Positions 30,612-39,762 of a stretch of DNA of 64,000 nucleotides are shown here, one piece after another. A program made the translations under genes and the position numbers. The stretch is from the NCBI GenBank assembly GCA_963663235.2, contig CAXXNO010000004.1, forward strand, positions 448,001-512,000, given 5' to 3'. The stretch's first letter is position 1; each line of letters begins with the position of its first letter. This DNA comes from Dehalococcoidia bacterium. GTDB taxonomy: Bacteria; Chloroflexota; Dehalococcoidia; Bin125. The notes under the pieces were generated by a model, which saw only the letters and a program-made list of their open reading frames with translations, did not search any database and was not told the origin of the DNA.

Positions 30612-31688
30612 GTGCCGTCCGGAACGCCGCGCGGCTCCCAGCGGCCGAATCTGCTCCGGCGTGACAGACGGCGCTGGACCACCCTCCTTAGCGTGGCTCT
30701 TCTGTTCGCGGTCGTGGGCCTGGGATTAACCCAAGGCGCCGCCGAGATTCCCGTGGGTACGGTCCTGCGCCTGTTCGTCGACCGGCTCCCTGGGATTTCG
30801 ATCGACATCAACGGCCCGAGCACCTGGGAGACCATCGTCTTCGATATCCGCGTCCCACGGGTGGTTGCCGCTGGGCTGGTGGGGGCTGCGCTGGCGTACG
30901 CAGGCGCCGGATATCAGGGTGTCTTTCGCAATCCGCTGGCGGGGCCGTTCCTGCTCGGCGTCGCTTCCGGCGCAGCGTTGGGCGCGTCCATCGCCATTGT
31001 GTCCCCGCTACCGTCCGGAGCGTACGGCCTGGGCTGGGTTCCCGTCTTCGCGTTCGTCGGGGCCGCAATAACCGTCGTCATCGTCTATCTGCTGGCGCGC
31101 AGCGGGTCGGCCGTGGACAACACCACGCTCATTCTCGGCGGCGTCGCGTTGGCAGCCATCTTTTCCGCGGTGACCTCGTTTCTCTTGCTCACTGGGGGTG
31201 AGGATACGCGACCGATCTTCTCGTTCCTCTTCGGCGGTTTCAATACCGCGAGTTGGCAACGGGTACTAGTGGCGCTGCCCTACTTGGTCGTGGGTGCGGT
31301 GATCGTCGCCGCCTACGCCCGCGTGCTCAACGTGCTGCAACTCGACGAGGAACAGGCGGCGCAACTCGGTGTTGATGTGACACGCACGAAGCTCATTGTG
31401 CTTGGCGCCGCCTCGTTGATCGCCGCGACCGCCGTGGCCGTCGCAGGCGTGATTGGGTTTGTCGGCCTCATTATTCCGCATGTCGTTCGCATGTTCTTCG
31501 GGACGGATTATCGCAGCGTGCTTCCTTTAGCAGCGGTGCTCGGCGCTGCCTTTTTGATCGGCACGGACGTGCTAGCGCGCACCGTCCTCGCGCCGCAGGA
31601 GGTGCCGGTCGGCATCGTCACCGCGATTGCCGGCGGCCCGTTCTTCCTCTACCTCCTCAAGACGCGGCGGGTGGCGGGAATGTCCTGA
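30612..31688 (+). CDS. btuC: Corrinoid ABC transporter permease (FecCD family)
   Basis: RVPRV, QGVFRNPLA, GVIGFVGLIIPH, GGPFFLYLL. Confidence 0.9.
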   Translation: MPSGTPRGSQRPNLLRRDRRRWTTLLSVALLFAVVGLGLTQGAAEIPVGTVLRLFVDRLPGISIDINGPSTWETIVFDIRVPRVVAAGLVGAALAYAGAGYQGVFRNPLAGPFLLGVASGAALGASIAIVSPLPSGAYGLGWVPVFAFVGAAITVVIVYLLARSGSAVDNTTLILGGVALAAIFSAVTSFLLLTGGEDTRPIFSFLFGGFNTASWQRVLVALPYLVVGAVIVAAYARVLNVLQLDEEQAAQLGVDVTRTKLIVLGAASLIAATAVAVAGVIGFVGLIIPHVVRMFFGTDYRSVLPLAAVLGAAFLIGTDVLARTVLAPQEVPVGIVTAIAGGPFFLYLLKTRRVAGMS

Positions 31689-32497
31689 TGGGCACGCTCC
31701 AGCCGACCGCCGCGCGGGGCCGGCTCGCGGTCACCGATCTCTCGGTGCGCCTTGGAGACCAACAGGTCTTGAGCGAGGTCGGCCTCGAGATCATGGGAGG
31801 CGAGGTGGTTGGGCTCGTGGGGCCCAATGGCGCGGGCAAAACCACGCTGGTGCGCGCGATCACGCGCGTGGTCGACGTGGAGCAGGGCTCGATCACGATA
31901 GACGGCCGATCCGTCTTTGGGCTTTCGCGACCGGCGATCGCGCGCTGCGTCGCCGTGGTTCAGCAGATCCCGGTGGCTCCGGCCACGCTGCGCGTCGGCG
32001 AGCTCGCCCTGCTCGGGCGGCATCCGCACTTGCGACTCCTGGGACGGGAATCCGCCTCGGACCTCCGTATCACTTGGCAGGCGATGGAACGCGCCGGATG
32101 CGCGGAGTTCGCCGAGCGGCCCCTGCACACGCTTTCCGGCGGCGAGCGGCGGCGCGCCTTCATTGCCCGCGCGCTGGCACAGCAGCCCCGGTTCCTGTTG
32201 CTCGACGAACCAACGGCCAACCTTGATGTGGATGCGCAGGGGGAGATCTTCGAACTGCTCCGGGAACTGGCGCGCGAGGACGTTGCTGTTCTGGTCGTCG
32301 TCCATGAACTCAGCCTCGCGGCCTCGTACTGTGACCGCTTGGTTCTTCTCGCCGACGGCCGCATCCGCACCCAGGGAGCGCCCGCGGCCGTCCTCACTGA
32401 CGACATCGTGCGGGAAACCTACGGCGAACGTGTGACAGTCATCCGTCATCCCGAGACCGGGTCCCCGTTGATTGTCCCGCGGCGCGGAAAAGATTGA
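31688..32497 (+). CDS. btuD: Corrinoid ABC transporter ATPase
   Basis: GPNGAGKT, LSGGE, LLLDEPT. Confidence 0.9.
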   Translation: MGTLQPTAARGRLAVTDLSVRLGDQQVLSEVGLEIMGGEVVGLVGPNGAGKTTLVRAITRVVDVEQGSITIDGRSVFGLSRPAIARCVAVVQQIPVAPATLRVGELALLGRHPHLRLLGRESASDLRITWQAMERAGCAEFAERPLHTLSGGERRRAFIARALAQQPRFLLLDEPTANLDVDAQGEIFELLRELAREDVAVLVVVHELSLAASYCDRLVLLADGRIRTQGAPAAVLTDDIVRETYGERVTVIRHPETGSPLIVPRRGKD

Positions 32498-32501
32498 CAT
32501 C

Positions 32502-33107
32502 GTGACCCCTGCAACGGCCAAGCATCACGAACCCTCCGAACCTTCCGAACCCTCCGAACCCACGCGAGGAAGTCACGGCCGGATCCGAAAAAAGCACCCG
32601 ATGGTGCTGCTTTTTACCGGGGACGGCAAGGGGAAAACGTCCGCCGCGCTGGGCGTGACGATGCGAGCATGGGGGCGGGGCTGGTCCATCTGCTGGCTCC
32701 AGTTCATCAAATCAAAGACGGCCAACACTGGAGAGATCCGTGCGGCCGGCCGCATGGGCATCGAGATCATTCCGTTGGGCGACGGGTTCACCTGGCTTTC
32801 CAAGGATCTCGAGATTGACAAAGCGCTCGCGCGCGAGTGTTGGGAGCTCGCTGCCGGGAAAATTCACTCGGGCCGGTACGATCTCGTCGTTCTCGATGAG
32901 ATCACGTACCCGCTCACGTATGACTGGCTTGATCTGCAGGAGGTGATTGGATCGATTCGAGATCGCCCTGACGACATGCACATCATTCTCACAGGGCGCG
33001 CGGCCCCAGCGCCGCTGATCGATTTCGCGGATCTCGTGACCGAGATGGGCGAAGTCAAACATCCGTATCGCCAGGGAATCCACGCGCAGCCGGGCGTCGA
33101 CTTCTGA
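32502..33107 (+). CDS. cobA: Cob(I)yrinic acid a,c-diamide adenosyltransferase (CobA/CobO/BtuR)
   Basis: TGDGKGKTSAALG, QFIK, LDEI, LTGR, ADLVTEM, KHPY. Confidence 0.93.
   Translation: MTPATAKHHEPSEPSEPSEPTRGSHGRIRKKHPMVLLFTGDGKGKTSAALGVTMRAWGRGWSICWLQFIKSKTANTGEIRAAGRMGIEIIPLGDGFTWLSKDLEIDKALARECWELAAGKIHSGRYDLVVLDEITYPLTYDWLDLQEVIGSIRDRPDDMHIILTGRAAPAPLIDFADLVTEMGEVKHPYRQGIHAQPGVDF
32529..32561 (+). repeat. 9-bp coding tandem repeat, (EPS)x3
   Basis: gaaccctcc gaaccttcc gaaccctcc gaaccc. Confidence 0.8.
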
Positions 33108-33113
33108 GGGACC

Positions 33114-34625
33114 GTGATGCCTCCCTCTCGTGCGCCGGCGCCCGTGCTCATGATCGTCGGGACCGGATCGTCTGTCGGGAAGTCCGTCATCGTCGCAGCC
33201 CTCTGTCGCATCTTCCGGCAAGATGGGGTGCGCGTTGCACCGTTCAAGGCCCAGAACATGTCCAACAACGCCGACGTCACGGACGACGGGCTAGAGATCG
33301 GGCGGGCGCAGTCCGAGCAAGCCGCCGCGGCCGGTCTCGCTCCATCGGTCGATATGAATCCGATTCTTCTGAAACCCCAAGGGGATCGCACCTCCCAGAT
33401 TGTGGTGGCGGGGCGTCCCGCCGGCCTTCTGCACGCAGCCGACTTCGTCACGCGCAAGCGAGACCTCTGGCCGGTGGTGGAAGGAGCGATCGGCCGCCTC
33501 CGCAGCGAATACGACCTGGTGATTGCCGAGGGAGCAGGGGCGGCCATCGAGCCCAACCTTCGAGACGGCGATATTGTGAACCTCCGTGTCGCTCGGCATG
33601 CGGCGGCCGTGACGCTGCTGGTCGGCGACATCGATCGAGGCGGCGTGTTCGCGCAGCTCCTGGGGACCCTGGAGTGGCTGACGGCCGCGGAACGGGCCTG
33701 CCTCCACGGATTCATTATCAATCGCTTTCGCGGTGTTCCCGCGCTCCTGGCCTCCGCGGTCACGGATCTCGAATCCCGCACCGGCCTACCGATGCTCGGG
33801 GTGATCCCCTGGATTGATGATCTCCGCCTTGCAGAGGAGGACGCGGTCACCCTGGAGCGTGCCGGGGGTGCGCCCGCGCCGGCGCGTGGCGCGGTGGATA
33901 TCGCGGTGATTCGGTTCCCACGGATCGCCAACTTCGACGACTTCGACCCCCTCGGTCGCGAACCGGAAGTCCGTCTTCGGTATGTCGAGCGTGCGGACGA
34001 GTTGGGCACGCCAGACCTGATGATCCTTCCGGGGACCAAAGCGACGATCGCGGATCTCGCCGTGTTGCGAGAGCGCAAGCTGGACATCGCGATCCGAGCG
34101 CGAGTCGACGCCGGTGGCCATGTGTTGGGGATCTGCGGCGGCTTTCAGATGCTGGGGGAGCACTTGGTCGATCCGGAGGGAGCGGAAGGCTTGCCTGGTA
34201 CGAGGGTGGCCGGCCTGGGCTTGCTCCCCGTTTGCACAGTGTTTTCGACCACGAAGGTGACACGCCGTACGACAGGACACGTGACGGCGAGGACCGGACC
34301 CTGGTCGACGGCGGAAGGTCTGTCTGTCCATGGATATGAGATTCACATGGGCCGTACGAGCGGCACGCTCCCGCCGTTGTTGCGTCTCTCCGGCCACGCC
34401 GATGGCGCCGTTTCGCTCGATGGACGGGTTGCGGGGACCTACCTCCACGGTCTCTGGCACAACGACGATGTGCGGACCGCCATCCTGGCTGGATTGGGCC
34501 GCGCCCCTGTGGACCACAAGTTCTCGAGTGCCGAGCGCCGCGACGCGGAATTCGATCGCGTGGCTGCGGTCGTTCGGCGGCACCTGAACCTTGCCCGCGT
34601 CCGCCATCTGCTGAAGATGGACTGA
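33114..34625 (+). CDS. cobQ: Cobyric acid synthase
   Basis: GTGSSVGKS, PFKAQNMSNN, MNPILLKP, DIDRGGVFA, GICGGFQMLG, GYEIH, GTYLHG. Confidence 0.95.
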   Translation: MMPPSRAPAPVLMIVGTGSSVGKSVIVAALCRIFRQDGVRVAPFKAQNMSNNADVTDDGLEIGRAQSEQAAAAGLAPSVDMNPILLKPQGDRTSQIVVAGRPAGLLHAADFVTRKRDLWPVVEGAIGRLRSEYDLVIAEGAGAAIEPNLRDGDIVNLRVARHAAAVTLLVGDIDRGGVFAQLLGTLEWLTAAERACLHGFIINRFRGVPALLASAVTDLESRTGLPMLGVIPWIDDLRLAEEDAVTLERAGGAPAPARGAVDIAVIRFPRIANFDDFDPLGREPEVRLRYVERADELGTPDLMILPGTKATIADLAVLRERKLDIAIRARVDAGGHVLGICGGFQMLGEHLVDPEGAEGLPGTRVAGLGLLPVCTVFSTTKVTRRTTGHVTARTGPWSTAEGLSVHGYEIHMGRTSGTLPPLLRLSGHADGAVSLDGRVAGTYLHGLWHNDDVRTAILAGLGRAPVDHKFSSAERRDAEFDRVAAVVRRHLNLARVRHLLKMD

Positions 34626-34784
34626 TCCGCGCGCAGGACCCATGGGTAGCCGCTCCGTGCGATCACCGGGAGACGGAGAGCCGGGCCCACCTGGCGCGGT
34701 GCGCTGCGGCCCCGTCGGGCGAATGCTCGCACCGTTAGGCCGCGGCGAGTTTCGTTTCCCCGCTTGTTCCCCGCTGCGGCACGG

Positions 34785-36782
34785 CTACGGCGCCGGCTGC
34801 TCCCACGTCGCGGCGGCGGTCAGGCGGATGAAGAAGGCGTCGCCGTTGTTGAGGGTGGTCAGCGTGTTGCCGACGGGGGCGGCGCGGCGCCAGGAATCGT
34901 AGGCCGTCCCGTTGCAGCGGAAGAGCGCGTCGGCGGCATCCAACCCGGCCAGGGCCTCGTCGATCGCCATGGTGGGCCCGGTCCACATCGCCAGGTTAAA
35001 ACCCGCGAGCAGCGACACCGTGCGCGGTCCGCTGAAGACGGGCTGCTCCCAGGCCGCCGCCTGATCCATGACGATCCAGAAGGCGTCGCCCGTGTTGAGA
35101 TCGGCGAGGCCCTGGGCCCCGGCCGGAAGGCCGGGGATGAAGGAGACGTAGGCCTGGGCGGCCGCGTCCCAGCCCAGGATCTGGCTGAAGAGCCCCGCGA
35201 TGGAGGCGGTGGCCTCGGGGATGGCGGTGTCGCCCGTCCAACCGACGAGGTTCAGGCCGCGGAGCAAGTGCCCGGTGCGGGTCGTGCCAGCGCCGCCACC
35301 ACCTGCGCTCCCACCGAGGGTGGCCAGGATCTCTTGCGCCGCCCGCGCGCCGCTGCGGACGGCTCCGTGGCTTGTCGTGGGGGCCATCAGGTCGGTGGCT
35401 TCTCCGGCGAAGAAGAGGCGGTCCGAAACGGCGGCCGCGAGGACCGGCCTCGCTCCGTAGCGGCCCACCCTCACATACGAATAGCCACCGCGCACCCATT
35501 CATTCACCTTCCAATCCTGATAGGAAAAGTCGACGAGATGCGAGGCGTCGGCGTCGGAGCCGAAGACGCGGGCGAGTTCTCCGGCGGCAACCTCACGGAT
35601 CTGGGCCTCCGTCATGCCCGCCACGTGGGCTTCGAAGGTGTTACTGGCGAACCCGATAATGACCGCATCGAGATCATCACGGTCGCGAACCGCGCCGGGC
35701 ATCCACCACAGCTGCGGATCTCCGTCGCTGATGACGTTGCTGGTGCCATCGGGCCAAAACGCACGGTCGTAGCACATGAGGATCTTGGCGATGAACCCCA
35801 TGCCGAGGCCATCGATCGCGTCTTGCTTGTCTGCCGGAAACGGTGGGGTGAACTGAATCGCCCCCGCCTTGAGCACTCCGATGGACACCGTCGTCAAGAC
35901 ACGTTGCGCGCGGACGGCGCCGCGAGTGGTATGGACCACGACGTCGGCCCCGGACCAGTCGATGCTCGTGACCGCCGTCGAGAGATAGATCGGCGCGAAT
36001 TGGCTCAGGTACTCCGGCAGTCTGGAGTACCCCTCGCGGAGCCGGAAATCGCCGCCCGGCGTGACCACTTCCTCGTTCACGGCGAAGGCGCTGATCGCGT
36101 CCACGTCGCCCGACTGCTCCAGCGCAGCGTCCTGCCGCAGCAGCTGAGTTGCGAGCGGGCTCAGGCCCAGTGAGGCGATGATCTCCCCGATCGACAGGGC
36201 GTCGTTCTCAATGTCGGCGATCTCCGAGAAGTCCAGGTCGTTCTCAAAGACCAGGTTAAGGTCTTCGTCTGTCGCCAGGTCGCTACTGAATTGGCGAGCG
36301 CCGTTGAGGAAAACGATGAGGTCGCTGTCGACGTCGTAGGCCACATCTGGCAGCGTCGCAGCGCCGGCCTCTTCGGCCAGGGTCCACGCTGCTTGGCCGA
36401 TGCCATGCAGGAACTCCGCCCCGCGCTCGACGGGGAAATTCGCGAAGGCCTGGTCCGTGAAGACGCGGCCCCCCACGCGGTCCTGCGCCTCGACCACCAC
36501 GACGTCCACCCCGGCGGCCGCCAGATCACGCCCGGCGCTCAGACCGGCGAGACCGGCGCCCACCACCACGACGTCGACGGTGTCCGGCAGGAGCCCGGTC
36601 TGCTCCCCGCCGGCGCTCGCCGGCGACAGAACCGCGTCGCGACCGTCCGGAGCATTGGACGCGGCGGCGCTCCAGCCCGTCCATGCCGTCGCACCGAGCG
36701 CGGCGCCGCCCGCGCCTGCCCGAAGCAGCTTTCGGCGAGAAAGCCGCCGAGGCAGTCGGCGCCCTGCGTCACCACGGTTCAC
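34785..36782 (-). CDS. TAT-exported flavin amine oxidase family protein with two C-terminal GWNLV repeats
   Basis: SRRKLL; GAGLAGL, EAQDRVGGR, GGYS, FFAGEAT, HGAVRSG; Gly linker, then the repeats. Confidence 0.88.
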   Translation of the reverse strand: MNRGDAGRRLPRRLSRRKLLRAGAGGAALGATAWTGWSAAASNAPDGRDAVLSPASAGGEQTGLLPDTVDVVVVGAGLAGLSAGRDLAAAGVDVVVVEAQDRVGGRVFTDQAFANFPVERGAEFLHGIGQAAWTLAEEAGAATLPDVAYDVDSDLIVFLNGARQFSSDLATDEDLNLVFENDLDFSEIADIENDALSIGEIIASLGLSPLATQLLRQDAALEQSGDVDAISAFAVNEEVVTPGGDFRLREGYSRLPEYLSQFAPIYLSTAVTSIDWSGADVVVHTTRGAVRAQRVLTTVSIGVLKAGAIQFTPPFPADKQDAIDGLGMGFIAKILMCYDRAFWPDGTSNVISDGDPQLWWMPGAVRDRDDLDAVIIGFASNTFEAHVAGMTEAQIREVAAGELARVFGSDADASHLVDFSYQDWKVNEWVRGGYSYVRVGRYGARPVLAAAVSDRLFFAGEATDLMAPTTSHGAVRSGARAAQEILATLGGSAGGGGAGTTRTGHLLRGLNLVGWTGDTAIPEATASIAGLFSQILGWDAAAQAYVSFIPGLPAGAQGLADLNTGDAFWIVMDQAAAWEQPVFSGPRTVSLLAGFNLAMWTGPTMAIDEALAGLDAADALFRCNGTAYDSWRRAAPVGNTLTTLNNGDAFFIRLTAAATWEQPAP

Positions 36783-37177
36783 GCGCCGTAGGGTAGTCCG
36801 GCGGCCTCACCTGGACAACCAAGACTGCCGGATTGGGAAGCAGCCTTCGCCGGCCGCGCCGGCATCGGTTGCGAGCAAGCGGGCGGCGGGGCGGAAGGCG
36901 GCGTGCGCCGCCGCGGCCTTGGCCGCGTCATACGCGGAAGGCCGCGGCGCACCATCGCCGAGGGGGAACGCCCGAAGAGATACCGCACGTCGAGCTCCCG
37001 GGCGTGATTCTCGATCGCCCAGGTGCGAAGGTGTGGCGGAAGCGGTGGGGATTCGCGTGGACGCCGGCGCGCTCGCCGAGCACAGCCGTTGACGGTGGCA
37101 CGCTGGGCGACTATACACGCACACAATCACTCCGGGGCGCGCTAGTGACCTGCTGATTGCAGGGAGCGGGACCGACC

Positions 37178-38233
37178 GTGCACACGTCGCGAAGAAAGTT
37201 CCTCAGGTCTGCCGCTGGGGCGACGTACGTCGGCGTGATCGCGGGCACTGTCGGGCTGGGTCGATCGGCACTGGCACAAGGCGACTCGACCGAGATGGTG
37301 TTTCGCCTGAGTACCCGAAATACCCGGATCTGTAGCGCCTGCCGCAACCACGCGCGGTACAAGGTATTCGAAACGGGTTTCCTCGCCGACACGAACCGGG
37401 CGCATCCTGGCTGTAATTGTCCGATCACGGATCAGCGAATCGATCGGTCGCTCCTCGAGCGACTACAGGCTACGCTGACGGGTCTGGCCGGGGTTTGGGA
37501 TAGACGCAAACTCGATGGCGCCACGTCGCAGAGCGCGCGGCAGCTTGTTCCCGACTGGAACTTGATCGGCGTTCCTGGGGGCGGCCGCATAAGCGAACTG
37601 CTTCTTCCGATAGGCGGGCAATTCGATGCCGTGTTCGCTTGGAATGCTGGAGCACAAACATACGTGGTGTACTACCCGCAGGTACCGCCTCAGGTCACCC
37701 GCCGGCAGGTACCGCCTCAGGTCAACACTCTGCAGGAGCTACAGAGCGACCAGGCAATCTGGATACGGATCACGAATCCCGCGGGAGCCAGTTTGCCCCT
37801 CCCGCAGGAAGACTCCGACGTCCGCCCGCCCGCGGTTACGCTCTTGCGAGGATGGAACCTCGTCCCCTGGCGCGGGCCCGACCGGGTCACGGCGGCCGAG
37901 GCCACGACCAATCTTGGTGCGGCGCTCGAAATGCTATGGCGGTGGGATGCCGCTCTGCAGCGGTTTGAACTGTACATCCCGGCAATTCCCGAGCGCGTGC
38001 AGCTTCGTACTAGTGAAGGTGTCTGGATTCGGGTCGATCGCGCGGTAGAATGGGATCAGGCCATCGAGCCAATGGTTTCGCCGGACGATAGCCCATTGCG
38101 GGGTCGGGGGTTTGAGGAAGGAGAGAAAGCGTCCTTAGGAAGGGGAAGCGCCCAGGGAGACGGAAGCGTTCAACAGGACGTGGATGTCCGACGGGGAGTA
38201 AGCGGAGGGCGCGCCGATGCGCCTGAGCGGTGA
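37178..38233 (+). CDS. TAT-exported protein with a small Cys/His domain and two GWNLV repeats
   Basis: SRRKFL; CSACRNH...RAHPGCNC; DWNLIG and RGWNLVPW repeats. Confidence 0.7.
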   Translation: MHTSRRKFLRSAAGATYVGVIAGTVGLGRSALAQGDSTEMVFRLSTRNTRICSACRNHARYKVFETGFLADTNRAHPGCNCPITDQRIDRSLLERLQATLTGLAGVWDRRKLDGATSQSARQLVPDWNLIGVPGGGRISELLLPIGGQFDAVFAWNAGAQTYVVYYPQVPPQVTRRQVPPQVNTLQELQSDQAIWIRITNPAGASLPLPQEDSDVRPPAVTLLRGWNLVPWRGPDRVTAAEATTNLGAALEMLWRWDAALQRFELYIPAIPERVQLRTSEGVWIRVDRAVEWDQAIEPMVSPDDSPLRGRGFEEGEKASLGRGSAQGDGSVQQDVDVRRGVSGGRADAPER

Positions 38234-38483
38234 AGCGCGAGAGTAAGGCAGTAGTGGCGGTAGCGTGGCGGATCGAGTGAGTTTGACGACTTTTCCCGAG
38301 TTCTCCGGCACAAAATCAAGTCTTCAGTCGTATTGTCGTATATCACTCCCCTCCCTAAGGACTCTTTCTTGTGAAGCAAGAGCGCGCCGCTAGCGCGCTC
38401 AATCCTTTCCCGCAGCAGTGGATCACACGCACGCGGCGGCGCGGGCAACGCCGACCGGCTCATCGCCGCCGTCCGCGGACTGG

Positions 38484-39152
38484 TCAGGCTTCCTCGCGCA
38501 CAGCGAGGCCGGTGGGACAGGCGATGCCCGTGCCACCAAGTCCGCAGTAGCCGTCCGGATTCTTGGCCAAGTACTGCTGGTGATACGGCTCCGCGTAGTA
38601 GAAGGCCGGGGCCGGAAGGATCTCCGTCGTGATGACTCCGTAGCCGGCGTCGCTCAGCACGGCTTGGTAGGCATCGCGGGACGCTTCGGCCGCCGAGCGC
38701 TGCGCGTCCGACGCGGCGTAGATCCCGGAGCGGTACTGCGTGCCCACATCGTTGCCCTGGCGCATCCCCTGGGTTGGGTCGTGGCTCTCCCAGAAGATCT
38801 CCAGCAGCGCTTCGTACGTCGTCAGCCTGGGGTCGAACACGACGAGGACCGCCTCGTTGTGGCCGGTACGACCTGAGCAGACTTCCTCATAGGTTGGGTT
38901 GGGGGTCGCCCCCCCGGCGTAACCGACGGCAGTCGAGAAGACGCCGGGCGCCTTCCAGAAGCACCGCTCCGCACCCCAGAAACAGCCGAGGCCGAAGAGG
39001 GCCGTCTCCATGCCGGCCGGGAACGGCGGCTCCAAGGACGCGCCGTTGACGAAGTGCTCTTGAGGGACGGGCACCCGCTCTTCACGGCCGGGCAACGCCT
39101 CCTCCTTGGTGGGTATCTCGGTCCTCGGTCGGCCGAACAAGGCCATGGGCAT
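38484..39152 (-). CDS. msrA: Peptide methionine sulfoxide reductase A
   Basis: [36 protein letters not shown]. Confidence 0.96.
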   Translation of the reverse strand: MPMALFGRPRTEIPTKEEALPGREERVPVPQEHFVNGASLEPPFPAGMETALFGLGCFWGAERCFWKAPGVFSTAVGYAGGATPNPTYEEVCSGRTGHNEAVLVVFDPRLTTYEALLEIFWESHDPTQGMRQGNDVGTQYRSGIYAASDAQRSAAEASRDAYQAVLSDAGYGVITTEILPAPAFYYAEPYHQQYLAKNPDGYCGLGGTGIACPTGLAVREEA

Positions 39153-39762
39153 CCCCGCTTCCCTCGGAAGTCATCCACCTGCGCCGACAGTGTACCGCGC
39201 CCGCCGCGCGCCATGGCCGTTGCCAGACCGCGCAGCGACTTTCCCAAGCCGTGGGTCGCGGGTTCCGGCCTGGCTCGAGAGCCCGCAGAATCTCCCGCAG
39301 GCGCTGCAGAGCGCCCGAAGGTAGCGACCGCGGGCCTTGGCCGGCCTCCGGCCGAAGGGGCAGGCGCGGGGCCGCCGGCCCTTGCCGAGGACGACCGTCG
39401 CGGCTGGACCACGACGATGCGGTGGCGCCACGACCTCAAGCAGGCGGACTGCTCCCCACGGCTTGACCGGGACCCTGGCGTTCACGTTCGGTCCATCGAC
39501 GATCTCGGCCGCCGATGAACGCTGCGTAACCTAGCACCGCGGGCGCCCGCGTCGATAGATGCCGGCGTTACGGATTGAGCCGTTCGATCACCGCGCGGGC
39601 GGCATTGGACCCGTCAGCGGACGCGCTACGATGATGGCGCGCTGCTAGACTTTCCGGCCGGCGGCGACGCAGGACCGCATCGAGCGCTCTGACATATCGC
39701 TCGCGTGGATCGGCTCCGGTGCGTCGGGGGCCGCGGTGCAGGCAGGATGAGGAGATCGCCCA

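Noticed and set aside
36807-37130. ORF containing AYDAAKAA, similar to the SDR YxxxK motif
   Set aside because: No other SDR motifs; probably chance.
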